Below, one piece after another: positions 46,976-59,320 of a stretch of 64,000 nt of DNA. The notes under the pieces are model-generated. The model did not search any database and had not been told where the DNA came from. It worked only from the letters and a program-made list of their open reading frames with translations. Source of the stretch: Eledone cirrhosa (taxonomy: Eukaryota); contig OZ024745.1 of NCBI GenBank assembly GCA_964016885.1, positions 76,756,001-76,820,000 on the forward strand, in the 5' to 3' direction. Both the position numbers and the translations under genes were made by a program. Positions within the stretch are counted from its first letter, which is position 1, and each line of letters opens with the position of its first letter.

Positions 46976-47192
46976 TAAACTATATATATATGTGTTTGTC
47001 TATATTGTATCTGTATTATTTTATTTTTGACCGCCGGTCAGTCAATGGCAACATTGAGGACCGAGTAAGTTAGATCGCAGATATATATATATAAAAGACA
47101 GCGAGAAGCGAAAACCAACCAAACAGTGAGTGTGTTCTGTTATTAATTCTGGCAATATTACGCAAATATGACCCTCCCCAAATATAACAATA

Positions 47193-47247
<55 letters not shown>

Positions 47248-47471
47248 TTCGTTTCTGAATTTGTTTAGCAAGATTCTTTATCTGAAATCGTGTGTTGAAA
47301 CCGATATTGTTATACTTTGGGAGGGTCATGTTGCCAATAAGAAACACACGCACCAGTTGCTTTCACTTCAATTTATTATATATTTATAAATTTATAAATT
47401 TACAAATCTACAAACCTATAAATTTCTGGTTGGTTGGTTGGTTCCACAACCAGATAGTTGTTTATATATAT

Positions 47472-47516
47472 AGTCATAGTCCTTTCGTCACACACTCTGT
47501 GACCTCTTCAGTGACT
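47472..47516 (-). ncRNA. Type I hammerhead motif (family B)
   Basis: AGUCA-CUGAAGA-G-GUCACA-GAGUG-UGUGAC-GAAA-GGAC-UA-UGACU. Confidence 0.75.
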
Positions 47517-48034
47517 GGGGATTCCTTTCTTCGTTTCTGTGCATTTTCTTTCTTCTATCCTACGCCATTTTGTTTCTGTGTGTATCGCCCAAACCAGGAA
47601 TCGAACTTACAACCTCACGATTGTGAATCCAATTCTCTTACCACTCAGCCACGCGCCTTCACTGAGATCATGCATTTGATTCCTAAACTAGATATCATTT
47701 TATGTTCTTGAGCAAGTCACTTCATTTCATGTTGCTTTTCACGATAGGGTTGGGGCCTTTGTCATTAAAACCTCCTATCAGATGTAACCTCGTGGAGAGC
47801 CAGTTGAACCTGACGAGATGTGAGCTTGAAATTTCATTTCTCATTATCCAATGTTACATTATTTTTAAGATGACGATGTGTGATTTGAGGGAGATTTGGC
47901 TATTATAGTCTGACACCGTAGTTACTTCAACGGTTGATACAGTTAGATCACCTATTCTCTGTAACATAATATCTAGGATATGGAAACAAGGTATATTGAA
48001 TTATATAAATATTTTAGCGAATCCATCTCTAATA

Positions 48035-48215
48035 TTGTTTCTACGTTTGGCTCAAGGCCAGCAATTATTCCAGTGCATTACTGGTACTTTATTTTATCGA
48101 CCCCGTAAGGGTGAAAGGCAAAGTTAACCTCGACGGGATTTGAACTCAGACCGTAAAGGGACGTAACTATGTTAGAAAGCATGGCGTCGGACTCTCTACC
48201 GATACTGTCAATTCA
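48035..48215 (-). mobile_element. SINE family 1
   Basis: Near-full-length match to 23811-23998. Confidence 0.8.
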
Positions 48216-48770
48216 CGGTCTCTTATAATATCGATTCATCTTCTGCACTATTGCAGTTTTTAAAAAGTGAGACGTGCAATAAGTCTGCTTTCTTATCTTA
48301 TTTGCCAGTGGTCCCTTCCAACTCCAAATTCGAATTTAGAGCCTTTTCACTACTGTTTGAAGAACCCCTCCCTGGTTGACCTCCACCGCTTTTGACATGG
48401 GCCATGTCTTCAGAGTTGTAAGCGTACTCACCACGCCCGGCCAATTGCGGTTTGGGGAAGCTCTTTAACCCATAGTGGTTCCTTCACTTTGAGAAATTGG
48501 GAAAAAACAATATCGTTCTATTGGCATACGGCCTACTGTGTTATCTATACAGGTGTTGCAGTTAACATGCTTCCCTCTCCAAACTTCATCCACTAATATA
48601 AGGGTCATTTGCGTTGCGACGCATGTATTCCAAACCAACCAACCAACCAGAAGTTTATAGGTTTGTAGATTTGTAAATTTATAAATTTATAAATATATAA
48701 TAAATTGAAGTGAAAGCAACTGGTGCGTGTGTTTCTTATTGGCAACATGACCCTCCCAAAGTATAACAAC

Positions 48771-49426
<656 letters not shown>

Positions 49427-49427
49427 C

Positions 49428-51978
49428 AGGTAGGAGGAGAGTAACATGGTGGTGGAACAGTAAGGTGGAGGAGTCAATTAAGGCCAAAAAGCAGGCTTGG
49501 AAAGTATGGCGGGATGGGGGAAGTAGAGAAGACTATCAAGTGGCCAGGAGGGAAGTTAGGAGACAAGTGTACTTCGCAAGAAGGGAAGCAGAGGAAAGAA
49601 AGTTCAAGCATGTTCTACAACGTGAGGACCAAAAACGTGAGGTGTTCAGGATTGCTAGGCAATGTGTCAAGGAAAACCGTGATATTGTCGGGGAGGAGTG
49701 TGTACTTAATGATGATGGCATACTTGCCATCACTGACGCTGATAAGAAGGTAGCTTGGAAGTGTCACTATGAAAGGCTTCTAAATGAGGAGAACAAATGG
49801 GAGAAAGACGGTCTCCCCCACATCGACCCAATAGAGGGACCAGCAGTGTTAGTCGAAGGTAGTATAATAAGTAAGGCAATCAAAGATATGAAGACGGGTA
49901 AGGCGGCTGGGCCTTCGGAAATAGTTGCTGAGATGCTGAAAGCCTCTGGAACGGTGGGACACACCATGGTCACCCGGATAGTAAACCAAGTTATACAGAA
50001 TGGGGTTGTTCCGAAGGACTGGCATAGCAGCATCATCATTAACTGTTACAAGGGTAAAGGAGATGCCCTAGATAGGTGTAACTATAGAGGCATTAAATTA
50101 ATCGACCAGGTCATGAAGGTCACGGAAAAAGTAATAGCGCAACTAATCAGAGAGAGAATTGATCTAGATGAAATGCAGTTCGGGTTTGTGTCAGGCAAAA
50201 GTACCCAGACGCTCTTTTCATTGTACGACAACTACAGGAGAAGTACCTAGCTAAAAGTAAACCCCTATACTTAGCTTTTGTTGACTTGGAGAAAGCCTTC
50301 GACAGAGTCCCCTGTTCCATTATTTGGTGGGCTCTTAGAAAACTAGGTGTTGATGAATGGCTTGTGAGAGCTATACAAGCCATGTATAAAGAAACAATCA
50401 GCAAGGTTAGAATTAACAACGAATATAGTGAAGAGTTTAGCGTAAAAGTTGGTGTCCATCAGGGCTCTGTTCTTAGCCCACTACTATTTATTATTGTCCT
50501 TCAGGCTATAACAGAGGAGTTCAAGACCGGCTGCCCATGGGAACTCCTATACGCAGATGATCTAACGCTCATAGCTGAATCAATGACCGAACTAGAGAAG
50601 AAATTCCAAACATGGAAGCACGGCCTAGAATCAAATGGCCTTAAAATTAACCTGGCTAAGACTAAAGTTCTAGTTTGTCGGAAAGAAAATAAGGTGGCGG
50701 TCCCTTCCGGGAAATGGCCATGCTCAGTGTGTAGGAAAGGCGTAGGTAGAAACTCCATTTTATGTCCCAAATGCAAAGTATGGGTAAATAAAAGATGTAG
50801 TGGGATCACAGGTAAGCTAACTAAGAACATAGATTTTACATGTGGCCGGTGCTCTGGTGCAATAAGTAGCAGCAAGTGCCCACAAAATACTAGCTCTTTC
50901 AATTGCGCAGAGGGTTCTATAGAAATAGTGGACAGCTTCCGTTACCTGGGTGACAAAATCAGCAGTGGGGGAGGGTTCTCTGAAAGTACAGTAGCTAGAG
51001 TCAGAACTGGATGGAAAAAGTTCAGAGAGCTTATACCACTATTAGCCGCTAAAGGGTTCTCCCTAAAAATGAAAGGCAGGTTATACGATACCTGCATACG
51101 AACAGCAATGCTGCATGGCAGTGAGACCTGGGGCAGACTAGAGAGGAACGAAGCTTGCATGCTCCGCTGGATGTGCAATAGTAATATACGTGAACGGCTA
51201 AGCATAAACGAACTAAGGAAAAAATTAGAAATAAGAGGGATCAGATGTTTTTACTCGAGAGAAGGCTACGTTGGTATGGTCACGTGATGCGCATGAAAGA
51301 CGACAGCTGTATAACAAAGTGCAGGGCAATAAAGATAGACGGTAGCCACGGAGTAGGCAGACCCAGAAAAACCTGGGACGACATGATAAATTCCGACCTC
51401 ACACGCTTACACCTCTCCAAGACAATGTCACTGGACCGAGACCTTTGGCGGTACTCAGTAATAGAGAAGACCCGCCTTACCTAAATACAAAGTAAAACCT
51501 ACTACAGCCAGTAGGTATCTCTATCAAAACACCCCCCGTCCCACCACCCCATCCACACCGCCCCTTTCAATGTAAAGTTATGTTGGTGCCACAACATCCA
51601 GGCCGAAACAAATGAGATCGTGTAGGTGTCACGACAAAAAAACACACAGTCCACGCTGTAAATGTGGCCGTGTAGGCAACACGGTAAAAACCTCCCAGCC
51701 CCACACTGTAAATGTGGTTGGTGTTAGGTAGGGCATCCAGCTGTAGAAAACCCGCCAGACAGTCCACGCTGTAATGTGGCCGTGTAGGCAACACAGTAAA
51801 AACCTCCCAGCCCCACACTGTAAATGTGGTTGGTGTTAGGAAGGGCATCCAGCTGTAGAAAACCCGCCAGACTGTCCTATGCGAGCAAGACAACCACTCT
51901 TGCCTCAAGTGGGAAAACCCCCGTCCAAACCCATGCAAGCGTGGAACACGGACGCTAAACCTTGATGATGATGATGAT
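49428..51978 (+). mobile_element. RTE-clade LINE, 5'-truncated, two frameshifts
   Basis: WWN...[53 protein letters not shown]. The 3' UTR has an internal duplication and a (GAT)n tail. Confidence 0.9.
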
Positions 51979-52282
51979 ACATATACAAGGTAATATAAAT
52001 TAATATATTTGATAAACACAAATACCAACATATTCATGTTTGTATTGTAAATGACCAAGTTAGCTAGATTGAAATATACTAATAATAATATTACAGTTTG
52101 CCTGTCTTGATTTAAGATAATAAATCAACAAAAGCAAATCGTATTGGCAATGGCCATGGTGCTTGGACAAATTTAAATTTCAAAATCAAACCTCTTCCGT
52201 AGACAGGTTTAAACCTTAAAATCCAAATATGTATCGAATAATGAAAAAAGTGGAAGAAATACCGCATTTTGATCTCCTCAGC

Positions 52283-52384
<102 letters not shown>

Positions 52385-53942
52385 CATCATCATCATCATC
52401 ATCATCATCGTTTTACGTCCGTTCTTCCACGCTAGCATGGGTTAGACGGGTTGTCCTGTTGTGGGCAGTGTCTGGTCGGCTGACCATGCCTTGCTCATAC
52501 AGGAACTGATTTGGCTTGATTTCTGCAGCTGGATGCCCTTCCTAACACCAACCTCATTTACAGTGATTGCTGGGTGCTTTTTCGTGTGCGTACACGTCCA
52601 CTTTACAGTGTGGGCTGGGTGCTTTTTTGCCATGGCATCTCCACGACCACCTTGCAGTGGGAGGGTGTGGGGGCATATTGTCTATATGCTTCAGCTTCGG
52701 CTTGTACTCATGGGGGGTCGGGTACTCTGTATTACTGCGTGACGCCAGAGGTGATAAAAGCCGCCCTTACCCAATTACCCCTCTCAAAGGCGTAATTGGG
52801 TAAGGGCGGCTTTTATCACCTCATACCAGGTCAACTTGGGTCTCCCCACTCCACGGTTTCCATCGACTTCTAGGGCTCTGCACCTTTTTATGCAGCTGTC
52901 ATCCTTCATACGCATCACATGTCCATACCAACGCAACCGCCTCTCCTGCACACAGCATTTGATTCCTCTTATGCTCAATCTCTCTCTCAATTCATTTATG
53001 CTTTGCCGTTCACGTATGTTACTATTACACATCCATCGGAGCATGCAGGCTTCATTTCTTTCTAATCTACGTAAGTCTTCCACCTTCAGCGCCCAGGTCT
53101 CACTACCATGTAACATTGCTGTTCGGATACACGCATCATACAGTCTGCCTTTCATTTTTTGGGAGAAGCCTTTTGCAGCTAGCAGTGGTAGTAGTTCCCT
53201 GAACTTCTTCCATCCCGTTCTTACCCTAGTTATTGTACTTTCTGAACACGCACCTCCGCTGCTAATTCGGTCACCTAGGTAGCAGAAGCTGTCTACTGTT
53301 TCTACAGAGCCCTGCCAGAGATTGGTGGTACTTGTTTCCTGTGGCTGTTTCCTGTAGCTGTTTGCTGTCCCAGCACAGCTGCTGCATGTGAAGCCTACAT
53401 TCTTAATTCCTGAGATCCCGTTACATCTCTTGTGTACCCATTGTTTGCATTTGGGGCAGAGAATGGAGTTCCTACCTACACCTTTCCTACATACTGAGCA
53501 AGGCCATTTCCCTGAGGGGATCTGGGTTCTGTTTTCTCGTCTACTTACAAGGACCTTAGTCTTTGTCATGTTGACTTTGAGACCCTTTCTTTCTAGTCCC
53601 TGCTTCCAAGTTTGGAATTTCTTCTCTAGTTCTACCATAGATTCAGCTATAAGTGCATACAGGAGTTCCCATGGTCATCCGGTCTTAAACTCCTCCGTTA
53701 TTGCCTGCAGGAGTATGATGAACAGGAGAGGGCTAAGAACAGAGCCCTGGTGGACCCCAACCTGTACGCTAAATTCCTCGCTATACTCATTGCTAATCGT
53801 AACTTTGCTGACTGCTCCCCTATACATGGCTTGTACAGCTTTCACAAGCCATTCATCTACTCCTAGTTTTCTAAGAGCCCACCAGATTACAGCGCGTGGA
53901 ACTCTGTCAAAGGCTTTCTCGAGATCGACGAATGCCAGGTAG
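52385..53942 (-). mobile_element. RTE-clade LINE, 5'-truncated (sister subfamily), tail-to-tail with previous
   Basis: ORF 52784-53638 plus upstream RT motifs, with a (GAT)n tail. Further 3' copy at 54625-55030. Confidence 0.9.
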
Positions 53943-54569
53943 AGACAGTAAAAAACAGAAACAAAAAATATCGCTGATAAGGGAAGTGACTCGACAAGAG
54001 TTGTATTTGCTTCGCAAGTGACTTGATCTGAGACGTGTGTCGAAATTAAAATAATTTCAAATTGGAAGTTATTTTAGCCATTTGAAAAACACAAAAACCG
54101 TCAACTTTATATATATCATTTATATATTGGTGATGTCAAGAAATAAATGATAAACGTAAAGTTGACAGCTTTTGTGTGTTTTAAATGGCTAAAAAATTAT
54201 AACTTCATAAGTGTACTGGGTGCATTTTATAATGACACCACCACTAGAGATGAATCCTTTTTCCTGTAAGGCAAAAGAGTCTACTCTCAACACTGTCACA
54301 CCTGTCTTTTTAAGGCAGGCCCAATAGTGTGATTTGAAGAGGAGTGATTACAATTTACCTGTAACAATAATTCTAATGTGTCTGGTAGATTGCAACTGAT
54401 ACTAAACTTCCATCAAGATTTATGGAAGCAAATAATAGATACTTTAATTATCATCATTCTGTTTTTTACACAAATAAGAAAAAGAATCCCCATACACAAG
54501 ATGTAAAAAAAAAATATATATATTTTTTTTAATGGAAGCTTACTTATATATACATATATACATATATAT

Positions 54570-54625
<56 letters not shown>

Positions 54626-55045
54626 CATCATCATCATCACCGTTTTACGTCCGTTCTTCCACGCTAGCATGGGTTAGACAGGTTGTCCTGTTGTGTGCAG
54701 TGTCTGGTCGGCTGACCATGCCTTGCTCATACAGGAACTGATCTGGCTTGATTTCTACAGCTGGATGCCCTTCCTAACACCAACCTCATTTACAGTGAGT
54801 GCTGGGTGCTTTTTCGTGGTGCCTACACGTCCACTTTACAGTGTGGGCTGGGTGCTTTTTTGCCGTGGCACCTCCACGACCACCTTGCGGTGGGGGGTGT
54901 GGGGGCATATTGTTTATATGCTTCAGCATGTACCCATGGGAGGTCGGGTACTCTGTATTACTGCGTGACGCCAGAAGTCACGGTCGTGTGTCATTGTCTT
55001 TGAGAGGTGTAATTGGGTAAGGTCGGCTTTTATATATATATATAC

Positions 55046-55116
<71 letters not shown>

Positions 55117-55975
55117 CTAGCTGGCCCCTAGCTAGGTATACCGGCATATTATCTTTTCAGGAATCCCCCCTACACTCTAGTGCAAAGATACCGCATGCCC
55201 TCTCAAGTCAGCGAGGGCGTGGGGGTTAACGTGCTCTGATGTTGGGTTTGAATAGTTCTAAGGATTCCCCAGTTCAGCAGCTAGTACGCTAAAGAAAATG
55301 GAAAGTTACAACAATAAAGGCTGAACAGAAAACACATTTTTTAACAAACAATAATGTATACAACCATAATGGAAATTCCAAGCTACAGAAAATATTTAAA
55401 TTACATTGTTAGAGCCTCAGAGTATTCAATATCTTTTGTTCGGCCCTCCGGAGCAAAGATGAAGAGATTATTTGGCGAGCTCACCCTAGAGCATCCTACA
55501 TACAATTGACCATGGGAGAATCACTGATCTCGTAGCTCGTCTCGCGGAGAAGCTCTGTAGACGTTGACGTCTGGACACTCCTGTCAGGAGCAGGTAAGCT
55601 GTAGTGACTTAGAGGCCTACCACCAATCTCCAGGAGACACTGTTTTCAAGACAAATGAGCGCCTCATTGAAAACAATATCATATGTTACGTTCGGATTGT
55701 GTCTGCGTGTGCGGTGGTGGATGTCCTCAGCTAGACTTTCGCGGTGGATGTTCCACATTGCGAGAGGGTTGGCAAGATCACAGTTGTGCAGCATAATAGC
55801 AAAAAGTTTTCGCAGCTGAGAAGGGACTTTAGCAGTTGCTGCTTCTTGCAGGGTGAGGTGCCAATGGCTGTCATCATGTAACAAGCCAAATGGTAAGTGG
55901 AACATTGATGGCCATTGATGGTTCTCAGATCTTGGAAAGACTGTGGTCCTCTAACCTCAAACAGTATCAATGACG
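55117..55975 (-). mobile_element. Helitron remnant, internally deleted, with 3' CTAG end
   Basis: VRGPQSFQDLRTING, GLLHDDSHW..TLQEA...QLRKLFA (Rep-helicase linker) and FSHGQLYVGCSRV (Pif1 motif VI, ~55480-55520). Ends CTAG|T in a TA run at 55117. Confidence 0.85.
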
Positions 55976-56120
55976 ATAAGCCGTCTGTGCTTTCGTGAAA
56001 TAAATAGGTTTTTGTTTTTGTGTATGCAAAAATATCTGTACACGAATATATATATTAAAATAACAGATTAAAGTTTAAGCAAAGAATCGCAGCTTTCACC
56101 TTAAAAACTCTGAAACTTAA

Positions 56121-59077
56121 AAAAGTGCTACTATAATAAACAATAGAAAAAACTCAGTAGCTTTAGTAAATTTCACACATATTGTTTCTTCTTTCTTTTG
56201 ATATTTGCAAGTTAGTATAATGAAAGGAAATCTGCCTTTCTGACCCAGAATAAAGTTTCTTTGAGCATCATTTGAATGTCAATTTGTTTACTTGATAATT
56301 TTATTGAGACATAAAATTACTTTGACATAAATCATGTATTAATATAACATACATGTTAGTGTCAGTAACTTATAAATAATTGTTTCTACTTTTGGCACAA
56401 GGCCAGCAATTATCCCAGTGTATTACTGGTACTTTATTTTATCAACTCTGTAAGGATGAAAGGCAAAGTTAACCTCAGCAGGATTGCTTCAATAAATAAT
56501 GGTTTCTGATTTAGGTTCAAGGTCAGCAATTTGAAGGGAAGGGAAAGTTGACCAAAGTGTGTTACTGGTACTTTGTTTTATCGACTCCGTAAGGATGAAA
56601 GGCCAAGCTAACCATGGCGAGATTTACACTCAGAACGTAAAGGGACGTAACTCTATACTACAAAGCTTGTTGTCCTATGCTCTACTGATTCTGCCAATCC
56701 ACGCCCTTATAAATAATTGTTTCTTCATTTAGCATTACTGGTACTTTATTTTATCGACCCCGTAAGGATGAAAGGCAAAGTTAACCTCGGCGGGATTTGA
56801 ACTCAGAATGGCAAGGGCCGTAACTCTATACGTCAAAGCATAGCGTCCGACCCTTTACCGATACTGCCAATCCACCGCCCTTATAAATAATGATAATGAA
56901 TAGTTTATTGAACTTGTCAAATGGTATAATTTATGCAGTTTAACCAGGTGATTTTATAATCTTTATAATGATTGAGATTATTAGTTCTTTTAACCCTTTA
57001 ATGTTCAAACCGGCCAGAATTCTCTACCTTTTTCTGTTGAAACTGGCTGTAACTGGTCACTCATACTGATGTTAAGGTATTGTTCTCAAAATAAATACTT
57101 TCAAAATCTCATAGATTCTATATTATGTAAGATAATTATGTGAGATAAAGCATTTACCATGAAAATATAATAGTATATATATAGAATAATTGTTTCTACT
57201 TTAGGCACAAGGCCAGCAATTACCCAGTGCATTACTGGTATTTTATTTTATCGACCCCGTAAGGATGAAAGGCAAAGTCAACCTCGGCGGGATTTGAACT
57301 CAGATCGTAAAGGGACGTAACTATGCTGGAAAGCATGGCGTCCGACCCTCCACCGCCTGTATATATAGAATAATGTGAATGCTAAAGGGTTAATAAAATA
57401 AAGATTGCTAACTAATCTTGTTTTATGAAATTTATATTAGTAGTTGAGATTGAATAAGGATTTGTTAATGATTTTGGTAGTGTTAATGTTGAACACTGAA
57501 AGAAATGATGATGGAGATCAGAAGGATTACAGCAACTGTAAAATTGTATGTTTGTATTAACAGGGAGTTATTCTTAAATAGATAAACAGTTTGTTGATGA
57601 TAAAATTAAAATTCTAAAGGCTTGGTTCAAAATAACCCTTTAGCATTTAAACCGGCTGTATCCGGCCAGAACTCTCTCACATCTCTCTGTTCAAACTGAC
57701 TGTAACTGGCTGCTCATACCTACATAAGGTATTGTTCTCAAAATAAATAATATCAAAATCTTGTACATTCGGTATTATGTGAGATAATTATGTAACATAA
57801 AGCCTTTACTGTGAAAATATAATAGTAAATATAGAATAATATAAACAAGAGATGTAGCGGGATCTCAGGAAGCTTAATTAAGAATGTAGGCTTCACATGT
57901 AGCAGCTGTGCTGAGACAGCAAGCAGCAAACAGCCACAGGAAACAAGTACCACCAATCTCTGGGAGGGCTCTGTAGAAACAGTAGACATCTTCTGCTACT
58001 TAGGTGACTGAATTAGCAGCGGAGGTGGGTGTTCAGAAAGTACAATAACTAGGGTAAGAACGGGATAGAAGAAGTTCAGGTAGCTACTGCCACTGTTAGC
58101 TGCAAAAGGCTTTTCCCTCAAAATGAAAGGCAGACTGTATGATGAGTGTATATGAACAGTAATGTTACATGGTAGTGAGACCTGGGCGCTGAAGGTGGAA
58201 GACTTACGTAGATTAGAAAGAAATGAAGCCTGCATGCTCTGATGGATGTGTAATAGTAATATACATGAATGGCAAAGCATAAATGAATTGAGAGAGAGAC
58301 TGAGCATAAGAGGAATCAAATGCTGTGTGCAGGAGAGGTGGTTGCGTTGGTATGGACATGTGATGCGTATGAAGGATGACAGCTGCATAAAAGGTGCAGA
58401 GCACTAGAAGTCAATAGAAACCGCGGAGTGGAGAGACCCAAGAAGACCTGGGATGAGGTGATAAAAGCCGACCATACCCAATTACACCTCTCAAAGGCGA
58501 TGACACACGACCGTGACCTCTGGTGTCATGCAGTAATACAGAGTACCCGACCTCCCATGAGTACAAGCCAAAGCTGAAGCATATAGACAATATGCCCCCA
58601 CACCCTCCCACTGCAAAGTGGTCGTGGAGGTGCCACGGCAAAAAAGCACCCTGCCCACACTGTAAAGTGGACATGTAGGCGCCACGGAAAAAAGCACCCA
58701 GCACTCACTGTAAAGGAGGTTGGTGTTAGGAAGGGCATTCAGCTGTAGAAATCAAGCCAAAATCAGTTCCTGTATGAGCAAGGCATTGTCAGCCGACCAG
58801 ACACTGCCCACAACAGGACAACACGTCTAACCCCTGCTAGCATGGAAGAACGGACATAAAACGGTGATGATGATAATAGAATAATATAAATTTAGAATAA
58901 TATAAATTTCTAGGTCATGATATCTGACTGTTTTGGATATTTATCTAGAGATAAATTTTTTAGTTTCTGATAAAAAGTAGTACAAGGCCACAAATAAAGG
59001 CTATAGTTGAGAGAATTAAATTCAGTTTATGAGTGATACATATTGTTTCAGCCCTGGAGGGAATAAAGACAAAGTTT
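56121..59077 (-). repeat. Right arm of long inverted duplication
   Basis: Reverse complement of 22081-24905, with an extra SINE at 56718-56879. Confidence 0.95.
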
Positions 59078-59320
59078 CTCTTCTTTTTCTCCCACTTATT
59101 CCTGAGAGGCTTGTGGAGGCAGAGTCCTCAAATACTCCTTCCAGCGGGTCCTGTCAGAAGCAACCATCTCCAACTGAACCAGCATTTTGCTCGGGGTCTA
59201 CCCCTGCGTCTCTCGCCGGCTGGTTTTGCCCGTAAAATCTGTCCAGCAATTCTTTGCTGAGACATTCTAACCACATGCTCATAGTATTGGAGCTGTGATC
59301 TCTCAATTTGGAGAGAGACA
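59078..59320 (-). mobile_element. RTE-type LINE 3' fragment (second family)
   Basis: IERSQLQYYEHVVRM...RRRGRPR. Purine-rich tail homologous to ~17460-17562. Confidence 0.6.

Larger units (their letters stand above)
44127..47192 (+). mobile_element. Penelope-like retroelement with inverted terminal segments
   Basis: 44182-44295 is the reverse complement of 47080-47192. Contains an intact RT-EN ORF and a 3' hammerhead. Both ends lie in (TA)n. Confidence 0.9.
47248..48770. mobile_element. Family B PLE ends in inverted orientation enclosing ~1 kb unrelated DNA
   Basis: 47303-47442 is inverted at 48633-48770. The left part matches 29146-29470. The interior holds SINE pieces and unassigned sequence. 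Confidence 0.7.
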
